Assembly: GCA_031370785.1 (NCBI GenBank)
Contig: JANMQY010000040.1
Coordinates: 1 to 11,147, forward strand
Reading direction: 5' to 3'
Source: Candidatus Eiseniibacteriota bacterium
Lineage (GTDB): Bacteria > Eisenbacteria > RBG-16-71-46
Length of the DNA stretch: 11,147 nt
Part shown: positions 1-6,768 of the stretch, in pieces
Layout of the letters: every line of letters begins with the position of its first letter
Numbering within the stretch: the first letter of the stretch is position 1
Position numbers and translations under genes: made by a program
The notes under the pieces: generated by a model
Database searches by the model: none
Seen by the model: the letters and a program-made list of their open reading frames with translations, nothing else
Told to the model about the DNA's origin: nothing

Positions 1-73
1 CGGCGTGATGGGCGAGCGAGAGCGGCTCGAGCCGGACGACGCTGCCTTCGAGGACGACGGGGGCGTGGGGCAC
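1..73 (-). CDS. N-terminal fragment of a probable GNAT (RimJ/RimL-like) N-acetyltransferase, running off the left edge
   Basis: Not in the ORF track. GTG at 73-71 follows a purine-rich GGAAGAAGGG, 17 nt after the metH stop. It translates as MPHAPVVLEGSVVRLEPLSLAHHA, matching the typical 'PvtLeG..VRLEPL...H' start of Acetyltransf_3 proteins. Only 24 codons are visible. Confidence 0.65.
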   Translation of the reverse strand, partial: MPHAPVVLEGSVVRLEPLSLAHHA

Positions 74-90
74 GGCGCTGCCCTTCTTCC

Positions 91-3000
91 TCAGGCCTTG
101 ACCATGTAGTACATCGCCGCCGGGTGGTGCACCACGATCGCGCTGGTCGAGGCCTCGGGCACGAGCTGGTAGGCCGAGGTCAGCGTGACGCCGATCGCAC
201 GCTCGGGATCGAGCAGCTTGAACAGTTTCTCCTGATCCGCGAGGTCCGGGCACGCGCTGTAACCGAACGAGTAGCGCTTTCCACGCCCTTCATCGAGACC
301 CAATTCCTTCCGGATCTTCTGGTGGTGCCATTCGGCCAGTCCTTCGGCCGCCGACACGCCGAGCCCGTGCACGAAGAGCGCCTTCGAGTATTCACCATTC
401 GCGTTCAGCGTCTCGCCCAGCTCGTCCACGCGCGATCCGACCGTGACCACCTGGAAGGCGACCACGTCGAACTTGCTGCTTTCGCCCGGCGTGAAGTAAT
501 CGCTCAGGCACAGGCCCTCGCGATCCGCCTGGCGCGGGAAGTTGAAGCGCATGATCTCCTCGATCTTTCCGCGCGGGGTGAGCGACCCCGGCGCGAACGC
601 GGACGGCTCGAACACGATGAGATCCTGCCCTTCGCTCTGACACGGGAAGAATCCATAGACGCCCTGCGGCACGATCCAGCGGTCGCGCTCGGCCTCGCGC
701 TGCAGCTCCAGACGGCGCGGCTCGAAGTCCTCGCGGATCAGCTTGTCGTACTCGGGCCCCGTGCCGCGCGCGCCCCAGTGCAGTCGGTACAGCGTCTTCA
801 GGTCCATGCCTTCGAACATGCGCGCGTACGGAATCTCGCTCGTCGGCGTGGTGCGCACGCCCCAGAACGGCGGCGCCGGGATCTTGACGTCGCGCGAGAC
901 CTCGACCCGGAAGTCGCTCTGCTTCGCGCTCGACTCCTGCGCGCGCGCCTCCAGCTCGGCGGCCTTGGTCTTGAATTCGAAGGCCTCGACCCGGTTCTTC
1001 TCGATCAGCGCCGGCCCCTGCTTGGGATCGGTCAGCGCGTTCATGGTGTCGAGCCCCTCGAACGCGTCCTTGCAGTAGTAGACGCCCGGCGGATAGAACA
1101 CCTCGCCGTCCACCAGCGCGGCGCGCCGCCCAAAATTGCGATTGATCGCGGCGCCGCCGATCAGCACCGGATAGCGAAGCCCGGCTCGGTGCAGCTCGCC
1201 GATGCAGATCGGCATCTGCTTGCTGGTCGAGACCAGCAGCGCGCTCAGCCCGATCGCTGTTGCATCGACCTCCTTCGCCTTGTCGAGAATGGTCTGCACC
1301 GGCACCTGCTTGCCGAGGTCGAACACGGTGTAGCCGTTGTTGGAAAGGATGGTCTTGACCAGGTTCTTGCCGATGTCGTGCACGTCACCGTAGACCGTCG
1401 CCACCACGACCCGACCGCGGGTCACGTCCGCGTTCTTCTCGAGGTAGGTCTCGAGCCGCGCCACCGCCTTCTTCATCACCTCGGCGCTCTGTAGCACGAA
1501 CGGCAGGATCAGTTCCCCGGAGCCGAACTTGTCGCCGACCTCCTTCATCGCCGGCAGCAGCACGCCGTTGAGCACCGCGACCGGGTCCTGTCGCTTGACC
1601 GCCTCGTCGACCAGCGCCTCGATGCCGGCCGGCTTGCGGTGCAGGATCTGGAAGTGGAGCTTGTGCTCGACGTCCATCGAGGCCTCTTCGGCCTCCTCCT
1701 CCTGCGCGCGTCCCTCGGCGGTGCGTCCTTCGAAATGGTTGATGAACCTGGAGAGCGCCTGCGGGTCGCGGTTGTAGACCAGATCGTCGGCCAGCCGCCG
1801 GTCGTCCTCGCGGAGCTCGGCGTACGGGATGATGTCCGCGGGATTCACGATCGCCATGTCGAGCCCGGCCTGCACGCAGTGGTAGAGGAACACCGAGTTG
1901 AGCACCGCGCGCGATTCCTTCGAGAGCCCGAACGAGACGTTCGACACCCCGAGGCTGGTGAGCACGCCGGGCAGCTCGCGCTTGATCAGCCGGATCCCTT
2001 CGATGGTCTCGATCGCCGAATCGATGAACTCGGCATCTCCGGTCGCGAGCGTGAAGGTGAGCGCGTCGAACACCAGCAGCTCGGGCGGCAGGCCGTACTC
2101 GCGGGTCACGATGTCGTGGATGGTCCGCGCCACCTCGAGCTTGCGCGCCGCGGTCTTGGCCATGCCGGCCGGGTCGATGGTCAGCGCGATCACCGCCGCG
2201 CCGTACTTCACCACCAGCGGCATCACCGCATCGATGCGCTGGCGCCCGTTCTCCATGTTGATCGAGTTGATGAGCGGGCAGCCCGGGCAGGCCTTGAGCG
2301 CCTCCTCGATCACGATCGCCTCGGTCGAATCGATGACCAGTGGCGCCTCGACCGAGAGTGAGAGCTTCTTGACCAGCTTGCGCACCTGCGCCGCCTCGTC
2401 GGTGCGCTCGGTGAGCGCCATGCACACGTCGAGCGCGTGCGCGCCGCCCTCGACCTGTTCACGCGCGACCGGGATCATGTCTTCGATCTGGTCCTCGAGC
2501 GCGAGCCGCTTGATCCGGCGCGAGCCCTGGGTGTTGAGGCGCTCGCCGATCAGCAGCGGGCGCGGCTCCTGGCACAGCGCGGTCGCGGTCATGCCGCTGG
2601 ACAGGAACCATCCCGAACGCCCGGGGCGCGGCGCAGGCGCGCGCCGTCCGATCGCCGCGATCTGGGCGCGGATGTGCGCGGGCGTGGTGCCGCAGCACCC
2701 GCCCACGATGTTGACGCCGAGCTCGTTCACGAACTCGCGCAGCGTCTCGGCCATCGGCTCGGGCTTCATCGGATAGACGGTGCGCCCGCCGTCGTTGATG
2801 GGCAGTCCGGCGTTCGGAATGCAGTGCAGGAACGTGCTCGCGTTCTGCGAGAGATAGCGCATCGCATCGCGCATCAGGTCCGGACCGGTCGAGCAATTGA
2901 GCCCGATGATCTCGACCCGCATCGCCTCGAGCGTGGCCAGCGCACCGCGGATGTCGGTGCCGAGCAGCGTGCGCCCGGACGGATCGAGCGTCACTGAACA

Positions 3001-3585
3001 TTGCAGCGGTACGCGCCGCCCGGCGCGCTCCATGGCCTCGCGCGCGCCCAGGATCTGCGCCTTCATCTCGAGGATGTCCTGGCAGGTCTCGAGGATGAGC
3101 ACGTCCGCGCCGCCCAGGATCAGGCCCTCGGCCTGCTCGGCAAACGAAGGCTGGAGGTCCTCGAGGCGCAGCTTGCCGAGATCGGCATCCTCCGAGGACG
3201 GGAGCATTCCCGAGGGCCCCATCGAGCCGGCGACGAATCGCGGCCGGCCATCGCTCTTCTCGAAGCGGTCGGCGATCCGGCGCGCGATCTCGGCGCCGGT
3301 ACGATTGATCCCCAGGGTCTTCTCCGCGAGGCCCCACTCCTCGAGCCTGAGCCGGGCCGCCTGGAACGAGTTGGTCTCGACCACGTCGGCGCCGGCCTCG
3401 AAGTAGGCGACGTGCACCGCCTCGACCACGTCGGGCCGGGTAAGCGACAGGTAGTCGTTGCACCCTTCCCAGCGTTGGCCGCCGAAATCGGCCGGGGTCA
3501 GCTCGCGGGCCTGGAGCTGGGTGCCCATGGCGCCGTCGAAGAACAGGACGCGGTCGCGAAGAACCTCGAGAAGCCTGCTTTTCAT
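91..3585 (-). CDS. metH: Cobalamin-dependent methionine synthase (1164 aa)
   Basis: All four modules are recognisable. Homocysteine/Zn domain: FDGAMGT, GLNCSTGP, GGCCGT. Pterin-binding domain: IGERLN, IDST, INSIN, GVSNVSFG. Cap and B12-binding domain: MKEVGDKFGSGELILPFVLQSAEVMK, GDVHDIGKN, LSALL. Reactivation domain: RYSFGYSACPDL, PEASTSA. Confidence 0.98.
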   Translation of the reverse strand: MKSRLLEVLRDRVLFFDGAMGTQLQARELTPADFGGQRWEGCNDYLSLTRPDVVEAVHVAYFEAGADVVETNSFQAARLRLEEWGLAEKTLGINRTGAEIARRIADRFEKSDGRPRFVAGSMGPSGMLPSSEDADLGKLRLEDLQPSFAEQAEGLILGGADVLILETCQDILEMKAQILGAREAMERAGRRVPLQCSVTLDPSGRTLLGTDIRGALATLEAMRVEIIGLNCSTGPDLMRDAMRYLSQNASTFLHCIPNAGLPINDGGRTVYPMKPEPMAETLREFVNELGVNIVGGCCGTTPAHIRAQIAAIGRRAPAPRPGRSGWFLSSGMTATALCQEPRPLLIGERLNTQGSRRIKRLALEDQIEDMIPVAREQVEGGAHALDVCMALTERTDEAAQVRKLVKKLSLSVEAPLVIDSTEAIVIEEALKACPGCPLINSINMENGRQRIDAVMPLVVKYGAAVIALTIDPAGMAKTAARKLEVARTIHDIVTREYGLPPELLVFDALTFTLATGDAEFIDSAIETIEGIRLIKRELPGVLTSLGVSNVSFGLSKESRAVLNSVFLYHCVQAGLDMAIVNPADIIPYAELREDDRRLADDLVYNRDPQALSRFINHFEGRTAEGRAQEEEAEEASMDVEHKLHFQILHRKPAGIEALVDEAVKRQDPVAVLNGVLLPAMKEVGDKFGSGELILPFVLQSAEVMKKAVARLETYLEKNADVTRGRVVVATVYGDVHDIGKNLVKTILSNNGYTVFDLGKQVPVQTILDKAKEVDATAIGLSALLVSTSKQMPICIGELHRAGLRYPVLIGGAAINRNFGRRAALVDGEVFYPPGVYYCKDAFEGLDTMNALTDPKQGPALIEKNRVEAFEFKTKAAELEARAQESSAKQSDFRVEVSRDVKIPAPPFWGVRTTPTSEIPYARMFEGMDLKTLYRLHWGARGTGPEYDKLIREDFEPRRLELQREAERDRWIVPQGVYGFFPCQSEGQDLIVFEPSAFAPGSLTPRGKIEEIMRFNFPRQADREGLCLSDYFTPGESSKFDVVAFQVVTVGSRVDELGETLNANGEYSKALFVHGLGVSAAEGLAEWHHQKIRKELGLDEGRGKRYSFGYSACPDLADQEKLFKLLDPERAIGVTLTSAYQLVPEASTSAIVVHHPAAMYYMVKA

Positions 3586-3651
3586 GGGGTTCGGCGCGCT
3601 CCTGAAGATAGGTGAAGAAAATGGCCATGCTGGCTTCTTGGGTGACCGGAG

Positions 3652-3680
3652 AGATTATCGAAGGGCGCAAGGCCCCGCAA
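3652..3680 (-). promoter_or_regulatory. Candidate sigma70-type promoter for metH
   Basis: The minus strand reads TTGCGG (3680-3675), a 17-nt spacer, then TAATCT (3657-3652). It lies in a relatively AT-rich patch and predicts a 5' UTR of about 60 nt. Confidence 0.45.
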
Positions 3681-3700
3681 CCGGACCCAGGCAACCTCTT

Positions 3701-3734
3701 TTGACACGACTATCGGTCCGCTTTTAGGTAGCCT
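3701..3734 (+). promoter_or_regulatory. Candidate promoter for the DUF1326-like gene, divergent from metH
   Basis: Perfect TTGACA at 3701-3706. The -10 is ambiguous: TTAGGT at 17 nt, TAGGTA at 18 nt, and TAGCCT too far away at 22 nt. Confidence 0.3.
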
Positions 3735-3802
3735 GCGCCGCATGCGGGTCGGCTTTCCCGGTCGGTGCCCGTTTCATCGTTTCCTTGCCCTCGGAGGCTG
3801 TC

Positions 3803-4558
3803 ATGAAGACCGCAGCAGTAACCCTCCTGCTTCTGCTTGGAGTCGCCACGATCGCGGTGGCCAGTCCCAATGCAAAATCTGCCGCGAAATCCACCGGCGA
3901 ATGGAACATGAATGCGACCATCATCGAAGCCTGTTCGTGTCCCATGTTCTGCTCGTGCTACTTCGGCTCGGGTCATCCCGCGGGCCATCACGACGCGAAC
4001 AGCCACACCGAAGAACACTTCTGCAAGTTCAACAACGCGATCCGCGTCAATCACGGCAGCTACAAGGGCACCAAGCTCGACGGCGCGAAGTTCTGGGTCG
4101 GCGGCGATCTCGGTGGCGACTTCTCCAAGGGCCAGATGGATTGGGCGGTGCTGACCTTCGACAAGGCGGTTACCCCGGCGCAGCGTGAGGGGATCCTCGC
4201 GATCGCCCCGCACATCTACCCGGTCAAATGGAACTCGTTCACGACCGGCGAAGGCGATATGAGCTGGGACTACGACGCGGCCAAGGGCATCGCGGTCGCC
4301 AGGCTCGATGGCGGCAAGACGGCCGAAGTCCGGCTCGAGCGGGGAAGCTTCGGCGAGAAGGGCAAGATCCCGGTGATCAATGGCCTGCAGTACTGGGGCG
4401 TCGACCACAACGACGGTTTCGTGCTGATGCCCAACTCGGTCGAGGCCTACCGCGTGGGCGAGAAGCCGTTCGAGTACAACAATACGAACGGGTTCATGAT
4501 CACGTTCGACATCGCGGATCGCAGCGCGCCGGCCGCGGGCGGCAAGACTGGCTACTGA
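3803..4558 (+). CDS. Secreted DUF1326-like protein (251 aa), putative metal-binding
   Basis: ATG at 3803 with GGAGG at 3793-3797, preferred over TTG 3785. Signal-peptide-like N-terminus MKTAAVTLLLLLGVATIAVA. The motif W...IIEACSCPMFCSC...C, followed by G.Y.GTKLDG and D..VTPAQREGI, resembles DUF1326. Confidence 0.75.
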   Translation: MKTAAVTLLLLLGVATIAVASPNAKSAAKSTGEWNMNATIIEACSCPMFCSCYFGSGHPAGHHDANSHTEEHFCKFNNAIRVNHGSYKGTKLDGAKFWVGGDLGGDFSKGQMDWAVLTFDKAVTPAQREGILAIAPHIYPVKWNSFTTGEGDMSWDYDAAKGIAVARLDGGKTAEVRLERGSFGEKGKIPVINGLQYWGVDHNDGFVLMPNSVEAYRVGEKPFEYNNTNGFMITFDIADRSAPAAGGKTGY

Positions 4559-4611
4559 CGTCGCACGCCGCGGCCCGACCAGGGCCCGGCGCTTTCCAAC
4601 GCACGTACGAG

Positions 4612-4648
4612 ACGCGGCGGAGGGGAATCCCCTCCGCCGCGTTTGCTT
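4612..4648 (+). terminator. Strong hairpin, probable intrinsic terminator after the DUF1326-like gene
   Basis: Perfect 15-bp inverted repeat ACGCGGCGGAGGGGA (4612-4626) / TCCCCTCCGCCGCGT (4628-4642), followed by an interrupted U-tract (TTGCTT). Confidence 0.65.
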
Positions 4649-4675
4649 GACACAGGCGCCCCGGACCGCGAGCGT
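4647..4675 (+). promoter_or_regulatory. Candidate promoter for the sixA-like gene, possibly leaderless
   Basis: TTGACA (4647-4652), a 17-nt spacer, then GAGCGT (4670-4675), which keeps the A2 and T6 of the -10 consensus. It ends 6 nt before the GTG at 4682. Confidence 0.4.
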
Positions 4676-4681
4676 GACACC

Positions 4682-5158
4682 GTGCCGCTCCTGATCGATG
4701 TGCTTCGACACGGCAAGGCGCAGCCCACGAGCCCGACCGGCGATCGCGGCCGGGCGCTGACCGAGGAGGGGCGCGCGGCGCTGCGCACCGTCGCGGGCCG
4801 GCTCGGCGCCGCCGGCGCTCCGCCCTCGCTCGTGTTCACGAGCAAGCTGCTGCGCGCCCGCCAGTCCGCCAGGATCGTGCTCTCCGCGCTCCATCCCCCG
4901 CCTGCGCTCCACGAGCTCGACTCGCTCGAGCCCGAGGCGACGGTCGAATCGCTGCTTTTCGAGCTTTCGGCGCGCGACGCGCTCTCGGGTCACATCCTGC
5001 TGGTTGGCCACATGCCGCAGCTCGGCAATCTGTGCGCGCGCCTGACCGAGGAGACCGTCGAGCTCTCGACCGCGACCCTGGTGAGAATCGCGATCGACGG
5101 AGCCCACATCGCGGGCGGCGGCCGCGTGCTCTTCACCCTCCGTCCGGAGGGCCACTGA
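4682..5158 (+). CDS. sixA: SixA-like phosphohistidine phosphatase (histidine phosphatase superfamily, 158 aa)
   Basis: Motifs LRHGKA (RHG), DRGRALTEEG, TSKLLRARQSA and LLVGHMPQL. GTG 4682 is preferred because SixA proteins start a few residues before RHG; the ORF-track start at 4643 lies in the terminator tail. Confidence 0.85.
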   Translation: MPLLIDVLRHGKAQPTSPTGDRGRALTEEGRAALRTVAGRLGAAGAPPSLVFTSKLLRARQSARIVLSALHPPPALHELDSLEPEATVESLLFELSARDALSGHILLVGHMPQLGNLCARLTEETVELSTATLVRIAIDGAHIAGGGRVLFTLRPEGH

Positions 5159-5198
5159 CGGGGCCGGGCCCCGCGGGTGTCCCGCCGTGTGCCTTGAG

Positions 5199-5207
5199 TG
5201 CTAAGCT
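5199..5207 (+). promoter_or_regulatory. Candidate extended -10 promoter (TGnTAAGCT) for the membrane protein and SDR genes
   Basis: TG-C-TAAGCT at 5199-5207, about 50 nt upstream of ATG 5257. No convincing -35. Confidence 0.4.
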
Positions 5208-5256
5208 GCCCGAGTCTCAGCTTCCCTTCGAGTGTCGCGACCGCAGGAGACCCCTC

Positions 5257-5802
5257 ATGACCGTGGAACGCTCTACGAAGGCCACCCACGACTCACCCGC
5301 CGCCGCCAACACCGGCGATATCCTGCTCGATGGTCTCGTGACCGGCATGATCGGCGCGGTCGTGGTGGCGCTGTGGTTCCTGATCCTGGACATCGTCGGT
5401 GGGCAACCGCTGTTCACGCCGGCCCTGCTCGGCAACATCCTGCTCCACGGGGCCGACGCCGCGGGCAAGGCGGTTACGATCGCACCGCTCGAGATCGCCG
5501 CGTACACCGCGTTCCACTTCATGGCGTTCGCCGTGGTCGGCGTGCTGTTCTCGTATCTGATGACCCTGTTCGAGCGCTTCCCGATCATGTTCTTCGTGCT
5601 GCTGGTGCTGTTCCTGAGCCTGCAGATCGGCTTCTTCGGCCTCAACGTCGCGCTCGGCACTTCGCTCCTGGGCAAGCTGCCCGCATGGACCGTGGTGGTC
5701 GGCAACCTGCTCGCCGCGGCCGGCATGGTCGGCTACCAGTGGCGACGCCATCCGAGCGTGATCCGCGGCATCGAGCGTCTCTGGCAGGCCGACACCGACT
5801 GA
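5257..5802 (+). CDS. Hypothetical integral membrane protein (181 aa, about 4-5 TM helices)
   Basis: ATG at 5257 with AGGAG at 5245-5249. Hydrophobic segments include GLVTGMIGAVVVALWFLIL, YTAFHFMAFAVVGVLFSYL, IMFFVLLVLFLSLQIGFF and WTVVVGNLLAAAGMVGY. Codons are strongly G/C-ending. Confidence 0.8.
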   Translation: MTVERSTKATHDSPAAANTGDILLDGLVTGMIGAVVVALWFLILDIVGGQPLFTPALLGNILLHGADAAGKAVTIAPLEIAAYTAFHFMAFAVVGVLFSYLMTLFERFPIMFFVLLVLFLSLQIGFFGLNVALGTSLLGKLPAWTVVVGNLLAAAGMVGYQWRRHPSVIRGIERLWQADTD

Positions 5803-6512
5803 TGGGCTTCCTCGACGGCAAGGTCGCGGTCGTGACCGGCGGCAATCGTGGGATTGGCCGCGGGATCTGCGAAGCGCTCGCGCACGAAGGCGCCGCGGTG
5901 GCGCTCACCTCGCGCGCGACCGACCGCGCCGAGGCCGCGGCGCGCGAGATCGGCGGCAAGACCCGCGGCTACGGCTGCGACGTACGCGACCACGTCCAGG
6001 TGGTCCGGTTGTTCGGAGCGGTCGAGCGCGACTTGGGCGGGTGCGATGTACTCGTGAACAATGCCGGCGTGGGTCTGTTCGGCCCGGTCGCCGAGCTGAG
6101 CCCCGACGACTGGCGCACGATGATCGAGACCAACCTGAATGGCGTCTTCTACTGCTGCCACGAGGCAATCCCGCAGATGAAGACGCGCGGCGGTGGGTAC
6201 ATCTTCAACATCTCCTCGCTCGCCGGAAAGAATCCGATCCCGAACGGCGCCGGGTACAACGCCACCAAGTTCGGCGTGAACGGCTTCAGCGAGGCGCTGA
6301 TGATGGAGGTGCGCTACGACGGCATCCGGGTCTCCTACCTGATGCCCGGCAGCGTGGCCACCGAGTTCGGGCGCGGCTCGGGCACCAAGTCCGACTGGGC
6401 GCTCCAGCCCGCGGACGTGGCCGAGGTCGTCATCGACCTGCTGCGCTCCCCCGCGCGCGCTCTCTACAGCCGCGTCGAGATGCGCCCGAGCAAGCCGCCG
6501 CGCAAGGGCTGA
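5802..6512 (+). CDS. Classical short-chain dehydrogenase/reductase (236 aa), probably NADP(H)-preferring
   Basis: ATG at 5802 overlaps the upstream stop (TGATG). Motifs TGGNRGIG, NNAG, NISS, YNATK (YxxxK) and PGSVAT. An Arg at the end of beta-2 (TSR) suggests NADP(H). The ORF-track extension to 5232 is spurious. Confidence 0.93.
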   Translation: MGFLDGKVAVVTGGNRGIGRGICEALAHEGAAVALTSRATDRAEAAAREIGGKTRGYGCDVRDHVQVVRLFGAVERDLGGCDVLVNNAGVGLFGPVAELSPDDWRTMIETNLNGVFYCCHEAIPQMKTRGGGYIFNISSLAGKNPIPNGAGYNATKFGVNGFSEALMMEVRYDGIRVSYLMPGSVATEFGRGSGTKSDWALQPADVAEVVIDLLRSPARALYSRVEMRPSKPPRKG

Positions 6513-6768
6513 CCATGGGCGGGCGTGCCCGCGTAACCCCGCCTGAACACCGGACTGCGGGGACGCATTCTCGATAGAGGCCGCGTTCCCCGGGTGCCCA
6601 GCCCGCGCTCGGCGGTTGTTCGTTGAGCGCGGCCGGTCGGTCGGTTAACGTACCGCGTTCCTTGAACGAACCCATGGCCGGTCGAGCCGTTCGGCGGAGC
6701 GACCGTGCCTTTCCCGCGCCCGGTCCGTCCCATTCCGGTCGGAGATTGCGAACTCACGAGGAGGATCC

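Noticed and set aside
3586..3650. SAH, SAM or cobalamin riboswitch upstream of metH (CAGGAGCGC resembles the SAH core)
   Set aside because: The remaining consensus elements and pairings are absent, and the motif is more simply the ribosome-binding site.
124..3694. Long alternative-frame and antisense ORFs over metH (e.g. 124-1494, 2459-3694), and similar ones elsewhere (3710-5155, 7650-8873, 9920-10705)
   Set aside because: These are Arg/Gly/Ala-rich shadow ORFs expected from high GC3 codon bias. They show no recognisable motifs and overlap well-supported genes.
5159..5173. Small hairpin CGGGGC-CGG-GCCCCG after sixA as a terminator
   Set aside because: It is only a 6-bp all-GC stem with no U-tract, which is insufficient support.
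5178..5204. CIRCE (HrcA) operator: exact right half GAGTGCTAA at 5196-5204
   Set aside because: The left-half position reads TGTCCCGCC, only 3/9 matching TTAGCACTC, and the downstream genes are not chaperones. An extended -10 element explains the sequence better.
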